Shown: piece after piece, positions 27,901-41,476 of the stretch
Position numbering within the stretch: position 1 is the stretch's first letter
Layout of the letters: every line of letters starts with the position of its first letter
Origin: Geosiphon pyriformis uo1
Lineage: Eukaryota > Fungi > Glomeromycota
Assembly: GCA_016748015.1 (NCBI GenBank)
Contig: JAAOMT010000480.1
Location: 868,001-932,000, forward strand
Direction: 5' to 3'
Length of the DNA: 64,000 bases
Translations under genes and position numbers: made by a program
The notes under the pieces: model-generated
What the model saw: only the letters and a program-made list of their open reading frames with translations
Told to the model about the DNA's origin: nothing
Databases searched by the model: none

Positions 27901-28300
27901 TTTTGGTTAACATTTGAACATTATAATTTTGAAGATGTTGTTTTTAATGTATTTGTAAAACAAAAGTTTTATACTTTTAAAATTTTTTGGAATTTAAATC
28001 ATTTTTTACAATAAAGTAAAATCGTTTGTAATATCCAAAAGTTGTTGCTAAATTTGTAATTTAATAATTGCCATTTTGCTTAAGTTTTAACTGGTATCTG
28101 TTAATTTTAAAAATGCACCAAATATTACTAAAATTGGTTTTTCTTTTTTTAAAGTGTTAATTCTGCTAATAATAATAACCAATTTCTGTTTAAATGCTTT
28201 TGTTAAATAAAAAAAACTTTTCGATTATTATTTACTATTGTTGGTCTTTTAACTTATAGCAAAAAAAAATTATAAATTATTAAACAGTAAACAAATATAT
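22000..28300. repeat. Extremely AT-rich decayed repeat/TE relics, family not assignable
   Basis: Composition matches the flanking mutated TEs and CpG is almost absent. No intact ORFs or confidently recognisable motifs. Confidence 0.5.
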
Positions 28301-29427
28301 TATCTTTAAATAAACCTATGGAACTAAAATACAAGTAATAGATATTTCAACAAACTACAGTCAATATTTTATTCATTAGAGCTGTGTTATTTGAAGTCAT
28401 TAAACAAAATTTATTAGTTTATTATTTATATACTACTTGATTAAAGGTCAACAACATTTTTGAGCAAATAGAAAAGATTATGAAAAACAGATATTTGATT
28501 AAATATTGTCAAAAAATAGCATGCAACTTTTATTTAAAGCCCACAGTTAACAGGTTTTTCTTTTTGCATCGGATTATGAGCAAATTTTCAGTCAAAAAAA
28601 TTATCTGCACACTTTGCACAATGCTGATAAAGTTTCTTTTGTTAAGAATATTAAGGTTTTCTTTGTGTTCGATGATTGCATTGTCCCTGTTGTGTTTCAT
28701 TTTTTTATTACTTAATTTGTCAGAATTTAAAGTAATATGTTTGGTATTGCAAGCACTTTTTCATTCGGTTAAAACGATCGCTCGCTGGCGCTACAAAAAT
28801 AAACCTCCAAAGTAATATGTAATTCTGGTTTTTAAAATCGTGATTAGCTTGTTAACGCCGTTCCCAAATGGAAGAGATGCATACCAAAAATCGCAATAGT
28901 AGAAAATAGCTTTTGGCTTTCTTTTATTATCTGAATTGGCATACGCCAAAAATTAGGATATCCGAGCAGGTAAGTTTTCTTTCTTTCGACGAACATATTT
29001 TTAAATGATGATGAAATGATATCCCCATCACAATCATTAAGGCCTCTGGTTATACGATTCTCGGGGCATATAGACTTTAATTCTATACTATATCAAAAAA
29101 ACTTCGAAAATAAAATAACAATAAACCATTAATGTTGTAAATAAATTACGTTACGATGTCGAAAAGTTGACTTGATCCTTATCAAGGTTAAGCAAGATTG
29201 AATTTTTACTTCGATTTGATCATACTAAAGAAATGGAATAATTTGACCAGTATTGGATTTTTTTTTGAAACTCTCGATCAGCTGATAGTGCTTAGTAAAC
29301 TTTCAGAAAATCAAATCGTAATACTTTAACTTCGTGCGATGCCAATCTTCGTGGTTATTAAAATGAAAATTGGTATAAATTAGAAGAGTACTTAAAGTAT
29401 AATAACTTTAAATTTCATTTTTTCATC

Positions 29428-31512
29428 ATGTCTTCAACTGCTCGAGATGACCAAAATTCATCCGGCTTTGATACCGATCAGAATACTGATGACTTAACAC
29501 ATGAATCTAGTCCCCTCCTTCAAAAAACGACGCCTTCAAGACCTTGGTACCGAACTCCTTCACCATATTGGCTCCTAATTGGACTTTTTTTCGTGGCATT
29601 AACTTGGGGTATTGGAAGCGTTATTCGTGTACAAATTTATATCAAAATCGTATGCAGACTTTATTATTCCTCGCAGCAAACCCCGTCGGCAATGCTTGCA
29701 TTTTATAACGGTTGGCAAGTTTTTAACAACAAAGAAAGCTTAGAAGATTTCCCACCAAATGAAAATTGTAATATCCCAGAAGTGCAAGCCCTCACTTCGC
29801 AAATGATGTTGGTGTTGAATTTGTGCGGTGCTTTACCTGGTAGGTGAAAATGCAGAAACAGATAATGGTTTACGATCCTCATTTTTGTGTAATGACAAAC
29901 AATGATATAATCGGAAGTTACACACATAATATTCGAAAAAACCAGGTTTCCATTGTAGAATGGACAAAAATAGTAGCACCCAGTTGATATAAATTCAATT
30001 TTTTCTAGCTATATTTGTCCTCGGAGCTTTGGGGTCCCTATCAGATCGAAAAGGACGACGCGTCGTACTTTTAATGTCCTTGGCCGGACTTACATTCAGC
30101 ATAGCGGTTCTTTTGGTAGTGGCAAGATATGACCAATATATTGATCCGCATTTATTAGTGATTGGCCCTTTAGTAGAAGGTTTCAGTGGTGGTTTATTTT
30201 CATTATTGTCTACATCCCAAGCATACATCAGTGATTGTACCACGGCAGAAAGAAGGTAATTGTAATTGATTAAATATATTTTCAAATGAATTTTTCGATT
30301 AAAATTAATTCATTTTTTGTCATAATAAAAGGAGCATAATTTTTGGCTGGCTTCAAGGAACCTTATTACTCGGGTTGTCAGTCGGCCCCTTAATCGGTGG
30401 TTGGATTGTAAAGGCCACAAATAGTCTCCTTTCGGTCTTCTATATTTCAATTGTGATCTTCGGTTTCTTTTTTCTATACCTACTTTTTGTAGTTCCCGAA
30501 TCACTATCGTTGGAAAAACGTGCTGCAAATGCCAAAGAACAACGTGACAAACAACGAGAATTATCTTTGAAATACACAAAATGGTGGCAAAAATATAATG
30601 TCTTTGAACCTTTGGCAATACTTCTTCCGAATAATAGCGTTTTATTCCCCAAAAAAGAGTTTAAAAATGATAAACCAATCGGTGGAAAATACTTATTCTT
30701 GAACTTGGTCATTATCAATGGGATTGTCGCGGCAGCAATATGGGGTATCAATGCAATATTCATCTTGTACACTACACTCAAATTCAATTGGGACGCTTTA
30801 GAACAAGGATATTTTTTATTCTTAATGTTTGGTAGTAGGGTTCTCATGTTAATTTTTGTGCTCCCGTTGCTTTCCAAGATTTTCAAAAAAAGCGATATGA
30901 AAGGAAAAAGAAATCAATTACCGAATCCAATGGCAATCGTGACGCCAGATGGTGATTCTATTTCCCCGGTACCGGTACAGGTCATCGAGGATTTTGATGA
31001 TTCACACAAAAGACGAGCATTAAAATTTGATATATGGATCATTCGAATTTCTCTAATCAGTGAAACGTTTCAGTTAATCGGATATGGAATGGTGCAAACT
31101 GGAATCGGATTTACATGTTGTGAGTAGAATTCTGAATATTTTTAGTACAATTAACAAAAATTAAAAACATATAAAATTTCCTTTAAATCTCAAAGTGAGT
31201 GGAATAGGAGCTTTTAGCGCGGTCTTGTCACCAACACTGAAATCGCTGATGACAAAACTTGTACCTGCTTCACAAATCGGCCAATTATTAGGGGCTTTAG
31301 CCGTGGTCGAATCATCCATGCGATTTCTATCACCTCTCATAATGAATGGCCTGTACAGTATAATGGTAACCAGCAACCCTAGTACGATTTGGTATTTCAT
31401 CGGCTTCTTAGTTTCTATTGGTTGTGTTCTATCCTTCGGAATTGGTTCACAAGAGAATCGTAAAGATCAAGATAAATTAAATTATCAAGAGATCGGTAGG
31501 ATCGTGGCCTGA
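29428..31512 (+). CDS. Major facilitator superfamily transporter (TetA/SLC46-like), 4 exons (~29428-29839, 30009-30255, 30332-31120, 31196-31512)
   Basis: MFS motif A GSLSDRKGRR, AYISDCT, GPLIGG and multiple TM helices. GT-AG introns join the ORF-track pieces. Confidence 0.92.
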
Positions 31513-33322
31513 ATTTTTAACTTTTGTAATATATCATGTGATTTCTATTTTTTGGTAAAAAAGCATTTATTTATAATTGGTAAAAGTAAATATTTAAGAT
31601 GTATAAAAAACAGGAGTATTTTAATAATAATAATAAAAATATATTAGCAATCAAAAAACATGAATGACTGACAAAAAATGAAGCAATGAATTAAAATAGT
31701 TAAATAGCTAATATAATCAACCAACAATTATTCAATACAAAATACCTATAAGCAGTAAAAAAAAGATATTATTCAGCTAATTAATATCAAAAAGGCTTTT
31801 AATTTTAATACCAACGCATGAAATCAATTATTATCTTTTATAATTACAAATTGCTGAAAGAAGGCAGAAATAATTCCATTATTGACAAAAATCTTAGTTA
31901 AAAATTCAACTTATGATGAAATATACAAAAATTATCAAAAATGTTGAAAAAATTGATATATCAGCTACAGAATATGTGAGTATTAAAACAATATATTTTC
32001 TCTTCAAGTTGTGCTTTGATTTTGGCTACCGGAACAAAATGATTCACATGCACGATTTTGCCGATCTGGGGAATATTTGCGAGAATATCCGGAATCTTGC
32101 CGTTCTTACGAAGGAGGGAGACTTAATGTTGGCGAGTGCGAAGGAACACAATTAATTTGGCAATTTCAGTTGCGCCAAAATTTCACGGTTCGATTTTACA
32201 GTTATAATGCATTAGGTAGGACGAAAAAATAGTGGAGGTTGTACGACGTCAGGGGGTAAACAAATGCAACAAATTTTGCCAACCCAAGTCAAAACTAGCT
32301 ATTTAAAATATTGGTTTATTATTATCAATATATAAACTATTCATGTTTTTATATAATTAATTTAATAATACATAATACATAATAAATAACAATAAGAGAC
32401 AAATTATTTTTTGTCTTTATTCTATTACAATAATTTTATTTAAAAGAAAATTCGATCAAATACATTAATTAAATAGATTTTTCATAATAATTTTTTAAAA
32501 GAGGGATTAGTAGATTTAAGAAAATTATTGTATGGAATAAAAAATTATTTTAATAGATATTTTTAGTTACGATTATATATGCTAATTGATCATGAGGGTC
32601 TTTTATCAAAATTTATACCCTTCAAAACTTTGCGCGAAACTTAAAAACGTTCATGTAGTAGTTTTTTTGAGTAAACAAGAATTTTTATGTATTTGAGTTT
32701 CTTGAAATAATAACTGTATTACAAAAAAGGTACAAAAAAAAACATAAAAAAAAAGACATGAAATAACGAAAAAGATGAAGGAAATGCACCTAGTATTATA
32801 GAAACCAAACTTTTGACATAAATCCCACCTCCTAAATCCTAATAATACTTAGGCTCAAACCGTGAAATCTAAAACGTTTTATCAATGAATATTTGGATTT
32901 TACTAAATTCTTATCCCATTCAAATCCTCCAAAGGTCATGTATATATTGGATTTTGCATTATAGGGTTTGATGCAGAAGCCAGGAAAATTTAAAGCGATT
33001 AAATGTAACCAGTCATTGAAACTCAATAAAAACCAAATATTTCTGATATTACAATACATACAAAGAAATTCTAGCACAAATATGGACATTTAAATATAAT
33101 GACAACGACTATGTATAAGGGTGTGGGGTTCTGTGCAAAAGTAATTTTTTAAATATTACAAATGTAGCAAAAAACGACTTGAGCTATGATCAAATGGTTA
33201 AATTATATACAGGAGTGAAGGGACAGACTAGCTTATGGCAAATTATAAAGGAGAGCCGAGACGATCATTGGAAGATTAGTTAGCGAAGCAAACAAGTGGG
33301 AGATAATTAAGAAATTTCCAGA

Positions 33323-36300
33323 CTATATTCCACCAGCACTAAAAAAGGCAACAATCGAATTTCTGGAGGCCCTTTTTTCGTGCATTGGGGTAGCGAGCGT
33401 ATTAGCTGGGCTTTTTGGTGGTAGAAATGTACCAGCTCCGTCTTCGGCGAAACCATTGATCAACATTCGTAAACCTTCTAGCTGAGAGCTCATACTTTCG
33501 CGAGCTTCTTCACTTTCAGCCAATTTCAATTTGTATTCGGAAAGGGTTTTTTCCATTTCGTCGACTCGTTTCGCAGTTTCACATTCAGTGGCGTTGCAAA
33601 CAAGTGAATGTTCATGATAACCACACATGGAATTACCATCCACATGCCCATAATCCGATAAAGATTTGATTGGTTCACTATTGGTTCTCGCCAAATGCTG
33701 TTTGGGTGATATTGGTGGGGGTGTAACGGAGGCACCGGTACCAACGAATAAACTCATAAACGAGACGCGTCTTGAAGCACGTTCTTGAACTTTATCGGCA
33801 TTATTATTTGAGAGGGGATCATGGGCTCCATAACCGTTGCCATAAGCATTGCCAATATCTTGCAATAATTTTACTTTTCCTTGCAATGCTTCCACTTGAT
33901 TTTTCAAATTATCATTTTCGTTGACTTTTTTCATAGCCTCCACTCTAAATTCTTTGAACTCGTGTTTCATGGAGTTTTGTTTATAAACTGCGGAAGCAGC
34001 TTCTTCATCAAGTCGTTCCACTTCTTGCTTCAGGAAAACATTCTTTTCTTGCAAGGCTTCTTGAGCGTCAAGAGCATCATGTAAACTAAATTGCAACTCT
34101 TCAACACGTTTTTGCAATTCATCATTTTCCTGCATTAACTCAAATTTCTCCATTTTAACTTGAATCAGCTCTTCGGTGATTTTGCTTTCATTGAGGGTTA
34201 CGCCTTTATGATCATCTGAAAGATCAATGGCATCAAAGTCCGACATTTCTGTCATAGGCGAGGTGCTGACTGTAAGAGTGGATGAGGTTGAAGAATTGGA
34301 AGCCGAAGAAGTAAATATTCGAGAGACAGACATAAAGGAGGGAGCAGAAACGCGACGATTTTTTGATTGGTCAACATCAACCATGACACCATTCACAATA
34401 TCTAAAGTGTGAGATTTGTTTGAAGCTTTTATTTTGTGTTGGTGTTTTAAATAGACTTCAGTTGATTGGCGTGGAGTGACATCAGCATCCTCTGATTGAA
34501 TCGTGGGTGCTAATGATGAATAAGCTGAAGCAACAGAAGCTCTCCTTGATGAGATACTTTCAGAATCATAATTTGATGCAATTGCAGACTCGAGGGATAG
34601 TATTGAGGATGTGACAGACATTCGCTTTTTTTCCTTTTCTAATTCACGTATGCGACTCCTGAGATTTTCAACTTCTGTTACCAAATCTATTTTTTCCATT
34701 TTCATATTTACTAACTGTTTTGTAATATCAGTATGTTCTTTTTGAAGTTCTGACAATGCGGTAACAAGATCTTCAATCTGTTGATGTAACATCGCATTGC
34801 TTGGAGTAGCGGATGGGGGTGGAGATGTAATAGCAGGCGCTAAGGTTTCACTATCGGAAGAAATCGAAGAAGTTTCACTTGATGTATTAACCAAGGATGA
34901 AAAAGAGCCAACAGATTGCTTGGCACTAGGAAACGCTGCAAGTGACCATCTCTTTGGCTTATTCGACTTTTCCTTGTTCTTTTTAGATTCATCATTTTTG
35001 GCCGATCTTCCAAACGATCCGTTGAAACGAACAGCTACTAATTCTTCAGCACGTTTCTTTTGCTCCTCTAATTCCTTTAAATAACAATTCGATAATTCGT
35101 CCATTTTAGGCTTTGTGATACATGTACTGAGAGCCATAGCATCTTTAATTAGACCAGTCGGTTTGTTATCATACGCGTCGTAAAGCTTTGTGGTAAGGAA
35201 ATCCAATAGATCTTCAAATTCTCCCAATTCAAGTAAATGTTCTTGATTCTTTTGTAACAATGCAATCGCCACTCGCATGATGGTTTCAGGAGCACCTTCA
35301 GCAAAGACCACATCATATATCCGTAAAACCAGGGGCAAAGGATAGGTATAAGCAAACAGTGACAAAAACCATTGAGAAGCAAACATTGCTGCGTGTACGG
35401 CATGAAGTTGAAAATGCGAATGAAGTTTTGGAAGAATTTGTGAAAGAAGAGTAGAAAATTGGTAGAGACGCAATTGAAGTCCTTCCATATTTAGAGTGAA
35501 CATTGATCGCATATCGTATGTCTCCATTAAACTGATGTGACATAAATAGATTGGGGAAAAAATATTTTTTATTAGAAAAAAGTTAATGACCATGAAAAAA
35601 AGGAAATCCCTAGAGACAAATAAAAGAAAATTTTTATTTGAGCCTACCGTACAAAAACGGAAAACGCTTGGGGTTCGGTCATCTAGGTTCAAGAAATTTT
35701 GTTGCATGGGTTTATTGTCGAATATGTATTCACGGGATGTAAAAAAAAACGAAGATCTCAAGTTTTTGCAAAAATAAATGTTAAACTTACATTCATCACT
35801 AATGGACCGACCAAAAAACCCAAACCTTGACAATAACCCACTAAAGGGTCATAAAGACTGTAAGCCCTCAAAACGTTCCACAACATTGTTTGTCCCTCAC
35901 CGTTTTCCTCTTTAAACATATCTATATGAGGAAAAGTTCGAGCCAAATCTCGTTGAATAATTTTCTCATAAGGAGAAGACTCCATGAGTAATTGTGAATA
36001 CATTGTCTCTAAATAGGTCGATGATGCTTGACACATTGATTGCCAGATCAAACCTCTTAGTTTCGCAGGTACACCTTGTTGCAGTTTCGCGGTAAGTAAA
36101 TGTGGAAGCCTAGTTGCAACTCCCGTATAATCTTGTATTAATGCTGTCCAAAATTCCCAATCAATGGTTGGAGTTTCACCATCTTCCTCTTCACATTCAG
36201 AAACAGGGGATTCTATATCGAACTTATCATTTGTAGGACTCGTGCTATCATCAATGAGTGATTGAACAGTCTCAAGGTTTGCTTTCAACACATTAGATTC

Positions 36301-37344
36301 AATGCATACTGATTTTGGATCATTATCAAGCATTTCATTTTGCTTTTCCAATCGAGCCAATAAAAATTCGGCAGAATTCTATTCACAAAATAAACGTTTA
36401 TCATCAACCACGATTGTTATAGGATTTTATATCCATAATTAAAGAAAATATCTTACCTGGGGAGGCAATTGTGAATTTTCATGTTCTAGCCTTGCCAACA
36501 ATTCTTTATCTACTTGTGGCAATGAACCAAGAATTGAGGCTGATTTTATGACACCTCTAGCCAATGCCCAGCGTCGACTTTTAGGAGTCAAACCCCCAAT
36601 TGAAGGGTGTCGGTAGATGTTGGTGTTAATTCTACGAAGATTGGTTTTGGATGCAAACTCATCTTCGGATGGTGTTGGTGCTATTGTCTTTTGAGTTGAT
36701 CCATGAAACGACTCGGAACGACGCAATTGAATGATCTTTGGTGATATCAGTGGCTTTGTCGGTGACGTTTCTTTGACAACTCGTGATGGGCGAGTTTTTG
36801 AAAAAGTGACGTCATTTCGACTGGTCTCTAAATCATCGGAATTGGTGACGGCTAAATTTAAATGTGCTGGTGCGAATGGTCTTCGGTTTAGTAGATCTCG
36901 TTTTGAATTTATCATCGACTCAATTGGCGATGTTGTTGCGGAAACATTCAGACTTTCCTCTACCGCAATTACTGTTTCTGAAGTTTCGATCTTTGAGAAA
37001 TTGTTATTAGGAACCGCAGTATCTCCTACGCGAAATACAGGTTTTTTTTTGTTTATATTTTCAATTTTCTTTTCAGTTGGGGATTGTATAGCAGAAATAA
37101 CATCAGGACTCGTATTTTTTCTTTTAACTCTGTATTTTGACTTAGAGCTGTCAATTTTATGAAAAGCCTTTTTTTTCGGGATTTGAGAAGAATCTTTCAT
37201 AGTCTTTTGTTCAGCTGTAAAGGTAATGCTATCGGTTGACTTTGACTTTTCTCTTAATACTTTTCCTTTTGTCGGTGTTGTTTGGGTCGCTTGTACATCC
37301 TGCACCTTACCCAGAGAGTCTCGTCGACCGCTTAGGGAGGTCAT
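33323..37344 (-). CDS. Rab GTPase-activating protein, TBC domain with C-terminal coiled coils (Gyp5/Evi5-like), 4 exons including a 35-nt micro-exon ~35682-35648
   Basis: TBC motifs IQRDLARTFP, YCQGLGF, FASQWFLSLF and RIYD. The micro-exon MTEPQAFSVFVR is bounded by AG/GT. Long coiled-coil tail. Confidence 0.93.
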
Positions 37345-40028
37345 CTTCGTTAGGTTTGTTTTTAATTCTTTGAGTATTTCCTAAAGTCTTACTTTAGTTG
37401 GTTAGTATTTAGCTTAGATATGGAAAGGTTGAAGTCTCGACGTGTTTTTTGGTATCGTTGCTCCGGCGGAAAATCCTGAAAGAATTTCTCAAGATGGTGA
37501 ACGCACGAAAAAACAACGAATTTCTATAAGTTTTTATAAAATTGAAGAAACCAACTACAACAATCATTTTATCATTTCGATTTCCCAAAAAAAGAGTTTT
37601 CTTCTGCGTGAAACGCGCCTTCGTTTCATCACAGAATCCGATAATATCCCAAGTAAGGGGGCTAGAGGAAAAGTATCGGGAATGATTGGTCGACTATAAG
37701 TGGCACTGCTGCTAGGTCAATTCTTTATTGGGATAACTTATGAGTGTGCAACAGAATTGTAGTACATCTATTACCTTTTAAATTTTATTGTAAATGACAA
37801 ACAGGAAAAAATATAACAGTGCCATGCAAACATTTTATGTTCCTAGTGTGGTTATGAAGTTGCACGGTCATTTTACTTGCAGATCAGTGATATTTGATTG
37901 GCCATATTGATAATTGATCAGTGATTTCCATCTTTGAGTCAAGCATCATAATTTATAAAATAGTGGAACATCAGTGATGATAACGAAGAATTATCAAATT
38001 GACAGGTGGAAAGGCGTTGAACATCTTTGTTTGCATTTTGTTTTGCATCTAATTTATCACAAAAAGCATTATTATTTATTATTCATGAATCAACATCCAT
38101 TATCAAAAACCATCGCGATTGATGATTTTATTATAGTTGATAAACTTGAGATTTGCTCCGAAAGTCGTACACATTTAACTGATGGGTAAAACATTTTTAA
38201 ATTAAGAAAAGCCTGACTTGGGAAATAAGCTGAAAAAGAAATTATAGGTGGAATTCTCATTTCGTATTTACCTGATAAAGTTGTAATTGTCACAAATTAA
38301 TGGCGAAGAGACAAACTTTGATAAAGATGGTTTGGGAGACTATCATTTTCATAAAATCTGATAGTCAAAGGGTTTTTGATAATTGTGTATGAAAATAGGG
38401 GGTAAATAATGAAACTTTCTAGGGGAACCATTAACATAGAAACTGTACACAGTTTAAGAAACTTGAAGGAATTTAAGTGGGACAATTATTTATTTCGCAT
38501 ATTTCGTTAAACCTTTTGAATTTTTTTTGAGTTTGAAACTCAGATACAGAAAATAAAAGAAAAAAAAAACAACGCAGAAAAGGAAAGGAGTTGATTAAGT
38601 ACCATGTAAATGATAATATGTGTCATACTTAACTTTTAATACAATCCAAAAGGCAAATTAAAAGTTATATATTATTTTGGGTTTAAAATATTTTAACCAT
38701 GGAAAAATATGTTTCGTGCTCATTTTCATTGATAATGCAAAAGCTTGGACAATTGAAAAACTTAATTTTAATTTTTGCCATGTGACCTATTAATATTGTA
38801 GTAGTATGAAAACCTGTGATGGGATTCTGATGTAAAATTGATTAAAATAGATATTCGAAATTTCTCGGTCATAATAAATAATAAGCAAATATTATTTTAA
38901 AGATTAATTTGGGAAAACAGAGAATGATTATTAATATAAATATTTCCTAATTGTTTTGCATATGCAAGATTATATTTAAAACCTAATTGCCCAACCTTTT
39001 TTTGTCTGAGGTATTTTTTTAATGGAAAAAGGAACATTATTCATAAAATGCAAAATTCTACTTGGAAAAGATTTTAATTTTGAATATTTTACTAGGTTTA
39101 TTCAATCTGTTTGTTTTTACCAATATATTTTTTTTTAAACAAGAAAAGAATTAGAATTTAGAACAGGGACTGTTTTGACGCGTTTAGATAATGAAAAAAT
39201 CTTTCACGACCTTTTTACTCAAGTAATAAAGTTTAATCAAAGTTATGACTCTTCACTTGTAAGGGTTTTCTTCGCAAATAAAAAATTACTCCGAATGCCC
39301 TATACAATAGGTTGAATAAAAAATCCTGAAATAAATTTGTTTAATATTATTTTACACTTACACTTTTCATTAGAGCGCAAAATTATTCCTCCTCTTAGAA
39401 AACGAAGACCAAATTCTTGGATTAAAAATCAATTTCAAGATAAGTTGATACTAAAATTCACTTAAATTTTCACGTCTTCTGCGTCCCGTTTCGGAATTTT
39501 AATTTGTAAACTATCCGTTTGCTAACCGTTAATTGAAAACAAAATTCCCTAAACCGTCGTTATCACATACGTATGTACAAAGTGACCAGCAACTTGGCAA
39601 AAAGCCTATTGGCTTCAGTGAATTTGCCAACTTTAACTGGGGTAAAAGCATGCACATTAAAATAGAAAAAATCAATATTTATTTAGCCTTTATAAGTTTT
39701 TGTCAAAAAGAAAGCTTTTTTGAAATCTCAAATGAAAGGATTTGCTTGCTAGCCTAAACACGGGACTCAAAGATAGTTTATTAATAGTCCTATATCAAAT
39801 GGCTGGAATTAAATTTTGTTCATCCTTTTTCCTACAATGTAAACAATCAACTTGTCAAAAATTGCGTAACTATTACAAAGGAAATTAGTGAGCTGCGGGT
39901 ATTTATTGATCATTATTTACATATATGAGGTATCATTGGCTAATTTCCCAAATCTCTTCGATTCTTAATATTGATCCTTGTTGTCAAAGAATTCCAAAAA
40001 AAAACTCTGAATGTATCACACAGTTTGA

Positions 40029-41476
40029 ATGTATCACTTTAGACAAATCTGCCGAGGGAAATATGGGAAAACTAGATATTCAAACATTGTCGAAATTGTT
40101 TCAACGGCAATTAAAACCACTCGTCAATATTTCACAAAGTCGCAGAATGGAACTTTAGTGAAGAGAAATATAAACTACCTTCGTCGGTCCGACAACCCGG
40201 GTTAGTTCAACTTATTTCTAGTCTTGTGTTAGAACTTTCATGAGGATAAATATCTAACAGATTTTTTTTTAATTTAGGCCTTCGATATAGCAGGTTGCCC
40301 GCTCCTCAATCCTATCGCCATCCAAAATCCTTTAATAATGAACCCGCTTCAGATGCGGCCATCGCCCCAGTTTCTATTCCTGAAGACCCTTATGGAGTAT
40401 TGACCAAAAAAAATATTAGCCCTGGACTGGCGTCAATTTTGGATTGTTCGGCGTTGGTTGTTGTTCGGCAGATTGAGATGCTGAACATTTTTATGGTATA
40501 AATTTGATCTCAGAAATCATTCTAGTTTTGAGATTGAAACTAATTCAAAATTTATAAAATCAAATCTTGAGGATTTAGGGTTTTGAACAAGCCAACAAAT
40601 ATGCCCTTCTTGATCCTCAAGGCAATTATGTTGGTTATATTGCTGAAGAAACCTCGTTTACTTCAACAATATTTCGCCAATTGTTCCGAACTCATAGAGC
40701 GGTCAGGGCAATGATCATGGATGCGGAAGGTGAAATCGTTTTAAAAATACGAAGACCTTTTGCTTGGATAAACTCTAGGCTTTTTGTAACTACAGACGAT
40801 GAAAATTTAATTGGCGAGGTACAACAACAATGGCATTTATGGCGAAGGCGATATAATTTATTTGTCCGGTAGCTTGGCTTGAATTTTTTTTATGACTTTA
40901 AAACATGCGGACAATTTGATCAAAAAATACTTTTTTTTCAAACTTTCGGAAATATTTTATTTGAATTAATTAAAAGGTATAATCAATTTGCGAGAATTGA
41001 CGCCGGATTTTGGTCGTGGAATTTTTACCTGGAAGATGAACGAGGAGGTCTTTTAGGAAATGTTACCCGAAATTTTACGGGTTTCGGCCGTGAGGTATTT
41101 AAAAGATACTGGATTGTTAAACATAAATTTGCTATTTTTCGGGAATATTTTTTCTTGATAATATTTATCATTTAGATTTTCACTGATACTGGGCAATATG
41201 TAATTCGAATGGATGCAGCTGAGGGACAAGTTCGAGGAATGACTTTAGATGAACGGGCAATAACTTTAGGAGCTGCTATCTCCATAGATTTTGATTATTT
41301 TTCAAGGCATTCTCAACATGGGTTAGTTTCATTTTTCATCTTTCCTTAAATTTCCCAATTCGAATATTTATTTTAATATTTAATGGGTGAACATTATATA
41401 TTATTACAGGTCTGCCTTCCCGCTCTTTCCTTTCATTATTGGTGGTGGGAGAGATGATGAATATTACTCAGATTGA
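40029..41476 (+). CDS. AIM25: Phospholipid scramblase family protein, Aim25-like, probably mitochondrial; 6 exons
   Basis: RQIEMLNIFMGFEQANKY, RRPFAWINS, WHLWRRRYNLF, REIFTDTGQY, LDERA..AISIDFDYFSRHS. Exon 1 (40029-40200, MYHFRQICRGKYGKTR...) is Arg-rich like a mitochondrial presequence and splices in frame. Confidence 0.88.

Noticed and set aside
28480-28815. 111-aa ORF at the compartment boundary
   Set aside because: No motif; likely chance ORF upstream of the MFS gene.
35533-35833. N-terminal ~100 aa of the 836-aa ORF
   Set aside because: Mostly intron read-through; the real path uses the 35-nt micro-exon.
37442-38485. Cluster of short ORFs upstream of the TBC gene
   Set aside because: No coherent spliced model or homology; probably promoter or intergenic DNA.
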